The notes under the pieces were generated by a model. It was given only the letters and a program-made list of their open reading frames with translations, did no database searches and had not been told where the DNA came from. Source: Balanoglossus misakiensis (Eukaryota > Animalia > Hemichordata). From it: a DNA stretch of 64,000 bases. This document shows positions 1 to 13,000 of the stretch, piece by piece (the stretch's first letter is position 1; each line of letters starts with the position of its first letter). The DNA lies in assembly GCA_040954595.2 (NCBI GenBank), contig CM082579.2, positions 7,987,625 through 8,051,624 on the forward strand, read 5' to 3'. A program made the translations under genes and the position numbers.

Positions 1-112
1 TGCAGATGTGGCAAATAAATTGCTTAAAATCCTACTGTCCACTATGGCCCCGCTATACTGTACTTCCCATGCATGGTAGGAACATGACCCGATGTGCAGC
101 ATATACACCTAC

Positions 113-1017
113 CTGTAGAGAGTTTTCAGGTTATCCCCTTCTGCAGCTGTTGCTAGGAGACCGCTGTCGCCATAGTAATTGAAGGTGCCGATTGTCTGCC
201 CGGTGGACGAGTAAACTCCCCTGAGGAAGCCGTCAGAGTTGATGGCCAAACCGTATCTGTCGCCGTTTGGAGTTGTGACCGTTGTCATCCGACCGTTCAA
301 GTCTCTGGTCAGTCTCAGGATGTGACCGCTGTTGTCGGTCATGGTCTTCATCAGGTTGTCGTCGGCGTACGAGAACTCCAGGATGACCTCGTCCGTCACG
401 GCGTCCCTTGTCATCATGTGCTTCCCTTCAACGTTGAAGACGTACAGCTCCAGCGTGGACTCCGACTCGATGACGTACTGCTTGCCGTGGAACAGCACCG
501 GCAGGTTGGGCGAGATGGCGTGGATGCGCAGGTTGCCCTGGTCGGCGATGTAGACCCGGTCGTCGGGGCCCACGGCGATGTCCGAGGGCATGAACAGCAT
601 GGCGTCCCTGGCCTGGATGTCGTCGCCGTTGAAGCAGTCGCAGTCGTCCAGGTTGCAGTCGCACTCCGCCTCGCCGCCGGCCACCAGCACGATACGCCCG
701 TCCACGTTCACCTTCCTCACCTGGTGGATCCTCTCGTTGTTCGACTCGGAGATGTACAGCTCCCCCAGCGCCGAGAACGCGATCGCCCGGGGGTTGATCA
801 GCATCACCTCTGTGGCCAGGGGGTTGGGTGCCGCCCTGTCGTCGCGACCCCTCGCAGCGGTCTGGTTCATCACTCCGGCCATGCAGTTGACCGGCAGCCC
901 GGCCTGGATGGTGACCTGTTTGTCCGGCGTCAGCCTGAGGACCACATTGTGGTCCAGGATGGAGAGGGCGTGGTCGACCGGATTGACAGTGATATCAACT
1001 GGCCATTCTAGTCTTAT
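113..1017 (-). CDS. TENM: Teneurin coding exon 21 (end of NHL, start of YD-repeat shell)
   Basis: [48 protein letters not shown]; acceptor TCTTTCAG, donor AG|GTAGGT. The gene continues beyond position 1. Confidence 0.96.
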
Positions 1018-4000
1018 CTGAAAGAAGAATGTGTAAATACCAATACTGACACATTACCATACAAATTTACATGCGTGTATTATGGGTGTCTCAGAATGCT
1101 ATCTGCGACTGGTATGTTCGAGCAGCACTTTTGAATTAGTGGAAATTCACATGCAGTGCCTCTCTTGTCCAAATGTTTTGCAACACCCTTAACTACAACA
1201 TACTTCAGACAAATTTTTTGAGATGGAGTTTAATTTTGGAACGGGCTAGACTAGGAGATTGAACCAGAACCAAACACAGCAAGCTGAGCTCAGAAATGGA
1301 TTTGTCATGAGACGTGGTGATATCTGCAGAAAATCTGTACTTAGTAAAATCATGCTGTTGATGGTAGTGCACCTCTCTGAAAACGAACAACAAAGTTGAT
1401 ATATTGGTTGCATCCGACAGAGACAGTTCCGTCCAATTCTCTTTTAAAGCAAGCATGTAAATCAGTGACTTTTAAGTTACAAAATGTGAAGTTGGGTCTT
1501 ATCGCAACAAAATGTAATGGAGCGAACATCCATTAACTCATATTTTTCACTTTAATGGCCGATATTTCTCCTTCGAGTGTCTCGTACAAATGGTTCGTTT
1601 CGGAGCAGCCATCTGCCAAAGTGCTTACCTCATCGAAAGCCATGGGGCCATTACATTTCAATGGTCTCTGTGCGTCGAGGATATCATGCGATCCCAGATA
1701 AGTTGATATAATTCCATTAGTGTCAATTTTTCGTATCACGGAGCCATCAACCACAAAGATAGTGCCATCTTCAGCGATCGTTATTCCTGTGAAAAGAGGG
1801 GGGAGCAGCAACGTGTAGCTATTAGGCTTGAATGCGGTGAATTATTGTCATGATGTAATAACGGCACCTGTTCACGGCACTCGATCGGCAAAAACAACAG
1901 TATTAACACACCCAAAGCACATACATGTAGTCCTACATGTCCAGACAGGGTTCACAAATTATCTGCTTTGGGAGTAATTATGCTTCAAAAGAATATTCAA
2001 GGCACTAAACATAAGGGTGTGTTTTTCAAATCTGCAATAAACTTAGGGACGTTATGTGTAATAAACTGGGGCTACCATGCTAGTTTATGAAACAAGGATG
2101 AAAATGAAAATTATTTTATGCCTTTATCCATTTGTCAACAGTATAAGATCTGGTCTACTACTAACAGTCAAACTGGATTTCTCAATGGGTTGGAAGCATA
2201 CTCTCTTCTGGTTTTTCTGTAAACTTATAGCTTGTAGGGATTAGACTGACAGTGTGTCTATCTAACCTTTTGGACTGATCAGCTTAGCTTGTACAGCTGG
2301 GCCACCGTCTCCACATCTGTTGCTGTCCAGCGGCAGACACTGGCCACCCGTTCCGGCCACCAGCTCAAAATTATCTGTGATATCGGCCGGCGAGATGACA
2401 TAGCGCAGCTTTCGGATCTGTCGCGTCTCCGTGTCCGACATGTAGACGGAACCATCCAAGGGACTCACGGCCAGGTAATACTTACGGGATGGGAAATAAC
2501 TGAAACCAAGGAGAAAAATCTTGGTTGTATTACTGTTGGCCTTGGAGTATCACCATATATTGTTACTGTGCTGAGCTTATATCATTATATTGTGATAGTT
2601 AAAATTACGTGAAGTCCACATTTATATAAAATTTTGAAACGACAGTTGACTGATTTGAATTTTGCAGCAACTATTCAGTAAATTTTAATATTTTTTATGA
2701 CAGTGCGTATGCTGACTGATAACAGATGTTCATGATATGAGAAAAACACATAGTATTACATCTTTGGTTGAGCAAGAAATTAAACGAAACAAAGTAGTTT
2801 GCTCCAAAAATGTTTTCTGAAAACTATTTTCAAAAGTGAGAATGGCTGCATCTCACAATCACAGCTCAGGATGAATATGCTCAACCAATGACATCAAATC
2901 ACGGACTGGAGGTCATAGGTCAATCTCAAACCTACTATCCAATCAGAGACCGGCAATCACATGCCCACATACGGCTGTCTTTAAAAAAAATGCGTGGTCT
3001 CACAATTACAGACAGCTATGCCTACACACTACCACTTGCTACTGCTAGAGAAAAGCTACCAGCATACAGCCATGTCCGATTGCTGAATGGCTTCGGTGAC
3101 TTAATACACTATCCGTCCAATTACAGCACATCTTTGATTTTCTTTCACAATTTTACTGGCTGGCTCAGACACAGTGCAATGATCATGAACAATATGCTGC
3201 CCTTCGTCCAAAATTGGGTTTCTATAGTGATGTATACACTCATCATCCATCCAAACTTACAAAAATAAAACACACTTTTTCGAGATTTGCAACAAGAATA
3301 TTTTCTTGTGTATGCAAACATTCCTTTGAAACAAGCTGCTAGTTTTGGTGAGCTGGCTAATATATATTTTCACCAGATTCTCACATTTCGGACAGAAGGG
3401 ATCATAAACTTCAAAATCATTACAATGCACTAATACCAGCTAAATATACAAGCTACGCAAGACTTTACATCTGGTTTCAAAAAAACATTCACCGAAAACA
3501 ACAACCAACAATTACATCACCCAACAAACAAAAGTTTACAAAAACAACAAGAACAGCAAAATCACCACCAATAATATCCACCATTAACAACCTGAAATTA
3601 CAAGTGTATTTAATTTTACAATGCACCGCACACAGTTTTATTTTACCGGAGTATAAACGACAAATTAAAATAAAAATTAAAACGCAACTGGATTTCAGCG
3701 ATAATACACTAGTCTTGTAAAATCACAAAGCGGTGCAGTTAACGTTTAACTTGTGCAAGTATACCTTGCGGATAAAAAAGGGTGTGGTTTCCTTTTTGGT
3801 TTGGTTGGTCATAATTTACAGCTGGTGGTGTAACATTTTTCCCCGGTTTATCGGTGCACTTAGGGAGTACTGGTTAGTTCGGCTGTATTTCGGGAGTTAC
3901 AAAGCGGTCGTCGTGACGACGCCGTGTCAGTCTGGTGTGAGAGCCGTGCTACAAAGCGGTGGGTTGTTAAGGGTGTTTTCACATGCATTTTACGATACAA

Positions 4001-7000
4001 AACTAATCACAAGTTTCGCCAGGTTTTCTTAATGAAACATTCACGACATGACCCATGCCAATTTTACAATGTGCATGCACGATGTGAGAAAAAAAAATAT
4101 GATCATTCATTCATTCAAGCCAGTCATGTGATGACAGTTCTCTGAAATGGACATCATGCCAGTATCGCATCGTCATGGCAACCCAGGCACGGATCACATA
4201 CAGACTAGAAAACCTGGTACACATGTGTTAAAATATGACAACGACATGTTCAGTTCGTTTGGGTTAATTATTCGTCTCTTGCTCATCTTTTGTTAAAAGC
4301 AGCGTTAGCGTAAGTTGGTTAGATTGTTAATATCCCAGCATTCAGCAGTGACAATGGTTCCATGATTCAACTCACCTCACTCTGTGGAATGGATGCAGCA
4401 AAGGTCAGAGGTCAGTGGGAAAGCAAACAAGGCAAAACGTATCATATTGTTGTGTAAATCATTTCATTCATTGGGGGGAAAAAGTTACGTACGGTCAACA
4501 AATTAGCACACACATCAAAAAGTCATGAAAAGTTATATACATTACAAGTCGATTCACTTGTAATCTGCAACAGGGCACTGTTCTGATGATGATAATGTTG
4601 AGTGATCACCTCAATGAGAGTACGTGTATGTCTTCTTTTCAACGACGATGACGGTTGTTTTCGCTCTTTAATAGCAGTGACAGTTGTTGCCACAGATTGT
4701 TATCCCTCTAATGTAGGGCTATCATCAATTGTTTGACAATAGAATCCCCCGTACGCCTACGCACTGATAAACATCGAGTGCTGTGGCAAAATGCAGTCGT
4801 CATAATCAGCATAGTATAACTACCCTTCTCTTATCACGTATTTGTTCCCGATGGACTACATCAATCGCACCCAGTGGCTTTCACTTTTTGTTCCCGTTGT
4901 TTAATACTAATAGTGGCAAATTTTTCGAACATTTAAGAACTGATCGGATTCCTTAAATGATACTGTATACACGTACAGCGAGAGGAGTGATGTAGCATAT
5001 TTGAGACAGACACAAACCAATCATCAAATGATAAATTCCGAATACCTATAAACAGAATGTTCAGGTATAACATACATGTTGCTACCGGTAATATGCTGAA
5101 TTGTGACAATTTTCAATTAATAAAAAAATTCAGAATCTGTTCACACATACAACAAAACAGTTTTGATTTTGGAGTCATCAAAACGAGAATACTGGCATTT
5201 CACTTAAAGACAGGTAACACAAAAAGGATACAATATGAAAACAAACACAGGTAAATTCCTCTTCCAGAGGATGATCACATCACGACATGACATTACAATT
5301 GATGGAAGCACAGTACAATCACCACAGAGGGTCTCGCATTGACCGGGTAACATCAGAACTACCACATTTTGAGTTGTTTTTGTGTGTTTTTTTTAATAAG
5401 GAAAATCACGAAAATTCAGGAAGAGCACGAGGCCATACTTACTGCAAATGGAGGACACTGGTAACGTTACCATCGGGTTGGATCTTACGGATGAAGTTGA
5501 AGTCGCCCACAAAGAGACTGCCGTCCGGAGCGCTGGCCACGGCCACCGGCGCCAGTAGCTTGTTGCCCTTGGCTTTGCCGTCGCACTGAGGACAGTCTAT
5601 GCTCCGTCTCCGGCCGTTGCCAAGAACGGAGGTGATCAGGGGAGGCTTGTCGTCCGCCAGTTTCATCTCCGTACCATCACCTCGGTGGACTATGCCTGAA
5701 ACAAACAAGATTTTCACATCAAGCTATGACACGGCAACCCCACCTTGCTTCATAAGACAGTTTGCCATATACCTGTCACGTGCTGGAAAGAAAGACAGAA
5801 ACACTGACTTTACCTTGCTTTACATTGTAACCATGGTGACCACTAAGCTTCCAGCCAGCCACTCCAGTTGTGTCCATGTTGTAGCCATCCACCTTGGTGG
5901 CCTTCCTGGCCCATACGATATTGCCGCATCCAATGTACTCGTATCCAACGGACACTGACAGAGAGAGATACAAGAGTCAGATTAACGAGTTTATCACAGA
6001 CTGTAAATATGCAGTTAATCTTTGTGCATTTTTTTGCTGATTGGCAGTGAACCATGTAAGACTGCAGCTGATTGGCATTTAAGGATGTCAACAGAGCTGT
6101 GCAAATTGTTAGACTGCGGCTGATTGGTTGGCTGTAAAAGCACAAACAGAATTGCACACATTGTTTACCTATTACTTATCTTGAACAATTACCCCTGTTC
6201 TTCCTGTATGTAGTGAAAAGAGCATGCGATTAAATCTACAAGGTTGCATTGAATGTGGGTTGTGTAGAGGCAGACATGCGCAGAAGTTACTTGTATCAAT
6301 TAACCTACCAGTGGCTGTTGTCGATCCGTATGTCTTCTCTCCGTAGGCATTCAGTTTGTTCCAACTGTAGACGTATTTCAGATCCCTCACGCCCTCCATC
6401 GTCTTCTCGAAGATCTGTCCCTCCACCGTTATTTTCAGATGAACGAGTTTCAAGTTTTCCACGTGCTTCATCGGGGTCAGCTGGAGACGTATCAGAGACT
6501 GGTAACCGGGGACGCTCTTGCTGTTGTAGTTCAAAGTGACCGTGGTTCCGGGGATGGTTATTTTGTCGTGAATGGTCTGGGGGGGGGGGAAAGAACAGAA
6601 CAGAAAACCTCAGTTGTCAGTCACCACTGTTCTGATCTCAATGTGTGCTCGGCAGCCAATCAAAACCACAAAGACTAAGTATATAATAAGCCACTCCAGA
6701 AATTTTTCAGTAGTTTTCAATTTAAGAGGTTCTTTTGCATACAATTGACCATTTCTCATTGGCGGTCACACATTAGTTGTGTAACTCTGGGACTGATGAT
6801 CGACCTACGTGTCTGATTTATTCCCACCAGCAGATGACAGACATGGGCTAAACTGCGGTCCGTAGTATTAGAAGAGGCTTGCACAGCGCCACCAGTGGCA
6901 GTTCCACTTCGGACTGACATCATGATTGACAGCCGATAGTGTCCTAGTTCAAGGGAGTTCAACACAATGCATTGTCATGACAACTGACCCAAGGTAGACA

Positions 7001-10000
7001 GCTTTCCAAGTCAGCTACAGCAGCAAAAATATTTACCTGCGTGTCTGCCAACAGGGCATCACCACATTCTCCTCTGACAGCCATCGACTCGCTCAGGAAC
7101 ACGACGTCCGGTTGGGGGAACGGACCTCCCTCGCACCTTTCTCTGACTGCGAGGGTCGTGGTCATGGTTACGTCATCCATCACCACAAACTCACCCCACG
7201 AGACAAAAGCCGATGTGGTTTCGGACTGGAACGGCTCCCTGGTGAACTGAAGGGTGACTGCGCCCCCACCACGAACCATCATGTCATACCTGGCCACAGG
7301 AGAAATATGTATGGATGAGAACTGCCAGTTTAGAGTATACAACTCATTTCTATACAGCCCTATCAAATTTTTTTTCAGGCATGTTGATTTGGGGCACGTA
7401 TATACATGCACAATACAAGGCACTGTATGTTAGAAGACACTAAAATATGGCAATTCCGAGTCAGCTGCAGGCATTGACTTTGAATTTTAAAGTGAGGACA
7501 CCCCAGTAAGGTATCAATTTTTTCCACTTACATTCCATCACTTCTTGTCAGTGTGTGTCCGAACAGTGGCAGGTCTTTAATTCTGACCGTGACTCCGACC
7601 ACAGGTGTGCCGTCTGCAGTGACCACCTTTCCTCTGACCACAGCAATCATGTGTGAACTGAAAGACAAATGCGCAGATATAAAAGTATAGCTGGTACAAA
7701 TTTTTAAAGTAAAGTTGTAGGACAGATGTCTACTTTTTTCAAAAATTCTTAAGTTGCAGCTTCAGGCAGTCTGGAGAGGTGGTTATAGTAGTAGATCACT
7801 ACTGATCAGATACCCATGCAAAGTTTTGATGTAATCAGTCAACTTAATCAAGAAAGCCAAACGGTCTGCAGCTCCCTGCATGCTGAAAAATCTCTTTCCC
7901 TTGTCGTCTGTTGGAGTCTCAGTCACGCGCAACAGGTAGGGCTCAGTGGGGTGAGCTTACCTCTCTGTGAACACAAACGGCATCGCGCTGAGCTGAACTC
8001 CATTTGGTTTGGCCAGAAAGCTGACGTGCTCGTAGAACGGGGCGTTGGGCGGCGCCGGGTCGGTCTGCGCCAGCAGGTGGGTGGGAAGTGGCACGCTGCG
8101 ACACAGCGCGTTGGAGATGCACTGCATGGAGATGCAGCAGTCCGGGTCCTTGCAGTCGATCAGGCCGTCGTTGTCGTTGTCTCTGCGGTCGTTGCAGCGA
8201 TTTTCAATGCCAATGTGGCACCCGTCGCCCTTCCACAGCGGCTCGCAGAAACACTTCCAGCCGCTGTTGACCCAGCGACACTCGCCGTGGCCGCTGCAGG
8301 CCCTTGGGCACCCTTCTGTAAGTGGCAAAGCATACATAATACATGTATTGAAAATGGTGGTACAAAAAAGGCATGAAACAAATGTCTGAACCTCATAAGC
8401 CATATACATCACCAGTGTCTCATTCAAAATGCAACAGTATACATGTATGTTATGGGACCTTCATACCTTAACTTCACTGAGATTTTAATGTTAGTGGGGC
8501 TGGATTTTAAATGGCTTTATCAAAAAGCATTTAATACGACGTGGCACCTCTTCAATGTCCAACAACTGTGTTCTTACCGATGGTGCACTGTCTTCCATTC
8601 CAGCCTGGCTGACACACACACTTCCCGTTGGCGCAACGACCATTCTCGCTGCACGGCGGATCGCAATATGCCTGCATACAGTCCTCCCCTGTCCAGCCTT
8701 CTTTGCAAACACAGCTGCTCATTTTGCATTGTTGATGGAGTCCACAGTCACTGTCTACATAGCATATTTCTGAAAATAAAGGACCATAAAAATATTTGTT
8801 CTTCTGACCTAAAAATATACACGTTTTTTCTGACACTGTACATGCTCTTTGTCTGAGTATGATCCTCAATTGATATGTTAATGTTTTCTAAATTAAACTG
8901 TCAAATCAACTAATCATAAATTCTGTATATCATAGTACTTTTCAAAGAGTAATGTCTCATAAAATTACTATCACTATCATTCAAAGAATTGAATATACAG
9001 TGTCATATTTTTCGAGAAAAATGCAGAAACAGAGAAGCTATGTATCAAAACTAACCTTGAGAGCAATCATCACCTCCCCACTTGCCAGCGCAAAAACACA
9101 CGCCAGCCACGGTGTCATAGTGACCGTTTCCATGACATCGTTCCACTGCCGGCGGTTCAGTCTTCATCTTCTCGCCTTCCCCCTCTCCTAGCTCTCCCTC
9201 CCTTTCGCTGTCGTCTCCCTCCTCCTCCGTATGCTCCAGCGTTGGTATGGCGACGGTGGGACAGGCCGCGGCGGTCGCTGGGGGAACCGGCTGGCTGCAG
9301 CCGTCGCCCATCCAGCCGTGGCCGCAGTGACAGGCGCCCTCAACGCAGACACCGTGACCACTGCAGGTTGGATCTGTGCAGTCCACTGGTGGAGAATAGA
9401 CACGTATTCAAGGTCAAAGCCTGGTGGCTTTTCTTTATATAGAAGCGTCAAATTTCATACCCAGTAGATGAGAGCAATACATTCCACTCTTTTCATAGAA
9501 GGAACGTCTCGCGCTTATCAGTCTAATACAGCACCAGCCTCTTTGAAAGCTACAATCACAATTCTCTTTAAGGACCTATGCATACTTGTACTGTGAGAAT
9601 GTCAAACGTGACGGTCTTGGACAACATCATTATGTTGAGAATTACTAGAACACCCACTTTTTTGTGAGCTTCATTCAACATGGAATTCAGTGGTCAAAGG
9701 GGTTGCATGAAACATTGCTATTAAGAAAATAAAACTATGATGATTTCTAGCTGCGCTTGCTACTCTACTCATTGAAACCACACACTGTACAGTGATCACG
9801 GGCCCTACCTGATTCACAGTATTCGCCTTTGTAACCCTGGTGACAGACGCAGGTGCCTCCAAAACAGTCGCCATGGTTATTACAGTTAAGGATACATTCG
9901 TGCTTGGGTACATCGCACTCTACGCCCTTCCATCCGATGTCGCACTGACACGCGCCATCTTCGTAGAATCCGTTGCCGCTGCAGATGACTGGGCAAACAC

Positions 10001-13000
10001 CTGCAAGAACACGAACATACATTGTTTTATAAGCTATCATGTTTTTTTTTATGAAGTGATTTATAAACCTGTTGATGCTTAAATTGCTATTATATACAAC
10101 CTACCACTACAGTACTAAGCTACAAAACGTATTAAGTAACTTCTCAAAATATGGAAATTATAGCAGTCCAAATATAGTGCCGACCTAAAGGGACAAAACT
10201 GCTATAAACTGTCCATTTTATCAGAAGAGAAACACTTTGAGAGATTGGCCTGTGTAAGGATTAGTCTTGCATTTGGTAAGTGCGGAGAGACTCACTGTCA
10301 TGGTAACTTACCGATAGAACAGTCGTCACCAGTGTACGCTGGGTAACACTCGCATTGACCGTCAATACACTTGCCATTTCCACTGCAGTCACCGTCACAC
10401 GAACTGTCCGGTTCAGTGGGACCTAAAAAAATGCACACAATTCGATTCAGCAATTTGCTATATTTTATCCCCTGTATTACAGTGAGTCGGTATCTGAACC
10501 CATGAGCTGCAACTAAACACTGCCCTCACACGTTGAAATTCCGCAAAGTGTGGAACTTGTCAAAGCATGGTTATTATTTTCTTTCACGCCCGCCGGGGGG
10601 TGTTTGGGTGGAGGGGGCATATTAAAATTAAACCTTTTTAATCACATCGACTCAGATGAATTCTCAAGTTTCACGACGTAGGATTTATGGTGACCCGTGA
10701 ATTCCAAATGTGAGTACGTCTCAGCGGGGGAGTCGGGAGAAGTGTGATCCTCTGCATTGCTTAAACATACGTGCAACAGCTGTATACAGCTAGATGATGA
10801 CAATCTCCCTATTGATGCAAATATTTGCAATATCGCTTGAACACAGGTGAAGCTCACTGCTAATCACCGGATATGGCATTGAACTTTGAAGCTTAGAAAG
10901 AGGATCTTGGTTTACTGTTTACTGTGATTAACGCAAATCTGTTGATTAGAACAAATGGGGTGGGAGAGTATTTTTGCACATTTAGGAGCAAACATTAAAC
11001 CACATATATTGCTACCATGAATGTACATTTGTTAGGTGTCAATGCAGGGGGTAGGCAATCCATGTGTACCTAGTTAGGAGGGCACAAAGTGTGTATGTAT
11101 GCATACGTGCACACTCAAACACAGATTTGGAAAACGTGAAAACCTGGAGGACAGCCAATGATTGAGTCTGAATGATTGGGGGGAGGGGGCACTACACTCA
11201 CCTTCGTGTGCTGATGTCGACATGGAAACTTTCTCGGGCGTCAGTCCGTCGTTATAAATGGCGATGTGCCAGTGGCCCAGTAACATATACTGCACAAACG
11301 TGTGGTACGCCACCGCGTCAGTCGACCTTCTCTCTCGGCTGTGTCCGTCAAATTCAAAAATACGATGCGTCTCCACTTTTTTGCTGCGGCCTACATCCCT
11401 CCTACGGATCGTGTCCCCCTCCACGTGCAGCGAGGGCAGTTCGTTTAAGACTGGAATGTAGGAGTGTTGGCTCCGCGTGGCTCTCTCGAGTTCCAACTCC
11501 TCGCCCGGTGAATTTTTCGTGCCGTCCAGCACCTGCATGAAGTCGAACTGCGTGTGGCTGGGCGGCATTCCTTTCTTCGCGTACACAGCCAGGTGCGAGT
11601 CCTTTGGCACAGTCACGTTAAATTCTACAAATCTAGCCTTTGGAATATACAAAAGTGTCCTTGAAAAACTCCCCGGCGGGATTTCACTTTTCACTGATTG
11701 TCCGAGGACTATTGCTGGTGCCCGGGTGGGCGATATATTTGTTTGGAAAACTGTGAAAAGAAAAGATGAGGGAGTTAGTGCTGAGGAACTTCTTAATGGC
11801 TGACATCATCACATCACGTTATATTACAATACACTACACAAATCATATCCTCAAAGTCATTCAAAATTCCGGGACTTTCCACAATATTTTTCCCGGTCAC
11901 CCAGGCAATCTGCGTGGTGTTGCCAAAGTTTCACAACATGAAAATGATCGGTAGTATAAATTACAAAGTGAAGTAGGAAATAGTGGATTTTTTTTCATCA
12001 GCTCTCTGCATACGACACTTGGCCAGGGGCAGATTTACATGTCTGTGCGTACCAACTAATTAGATATGCAAAATTTATGCATTGTAGATTTACATGCAAT
12101 GCTGCAAGCAGGTGCTACAGGCCTTGGACTCTGAGTACAGCAAAACTGAGTTTGCTCAGCTATTTACAACCCATGATTTCATTCAACAACTTGCAATTCA
12201 TAGCCATCTCATATCAAATCGTGAAAGTACGAGCTTGCTCTGTCCCGGTTTAAAAAATTCAAATTTTAACGAAGAAAAATGAAGGAAATGAAATGAGTTT
12301 AGCTAAAACGGCTGATAACAGCCATGCATGTTTTTTGATTAGGGCATTACATTCATACACAAAATTGACAGAAATCTTAAGGTCGCAGAGGTCAAACCGA
12401 CATCAGTCATTATGCCAACAGGGAAAATACATTAATTATGATCTAGCTTTATTGAACACGTCTATCATGAGAAGAAAGATATAAAATGTCAATTAGTGAT
12501 AATTCCTGATTTAGAAATGCTCTGACATGTTTTTCCTTTTATTTCCTTTCACTGAAATTAACTTGTAAAGCTCTGATGATCCATTAATTTCAGATCACAC
12601 AGGACGATAATAACTAGGAATTTTCCTGACAGAGCCTTTAATATATATTTAATACCAGCAATTTTCTTTATTTAGCAATTTAGAAGTGGTTCAAAAGGAC
12701 AGTATCTGTAACTTGGCATTTGCTTTCACGTTTGTTGATGTACAGCATGCTGTCAACGTTTTTTTTATCTGTGGATTATATGCCCGGGCAAAGTTGTGTT
12801 TTGTAAGCTTTCATCAGTGTATACATGGCAGATGAAAAATTCAGCTTGTGCACTAAGCAATTCAGCATTCAGTGGCAGAACTTAAATTAACTTCAACAGA
12901 GTTATACCTCTTGTTATTGACAAGACGTTTTAAAGGGACAATAGTGGGAACTTTACCGAAAGTTATCAAAGTGCTACGACTGAAGAAAGTACAGGTTATG

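Noticed and set aside
113-500. YD/Rhs-like repeats suggesting a bacterial toxin or contamination
   Set aside because: They are the known YD shell of teneurin, inside a spliced exon in frame with the NHL domain.
322-1021. Long plus-strand ORFs here, and similar ones at 7816-8389, 29170-29631 and 32668-33021
   Set aside because: Antisense shadows of GC3-rich teneurin exons.
5676-5684. RGD tripeptide in HRGDG
   Set aside because: A conservative variant of the structural teneurin H/Q-K-G-N/D-G hairpin; nothing suggests integrin binding.
5773-5782. Apparent 10-nt exon CAG|CACGTGACAG|GTATAT
   Set aside because: Frameshifting, and the upstream intron would be only 31 nt.
8461-8500. Possible microexon in the EGF7-EGF8 intron (position of vertebrate splice site A): CACTAAC..CTCAG|TGAAGTTAAG|GTATGA
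   Set aside because: 10 nt would frameshift, and the 33-nt version from the upstream AG has an in-frame TGA. At most a poison exon, with no supporting evidence.
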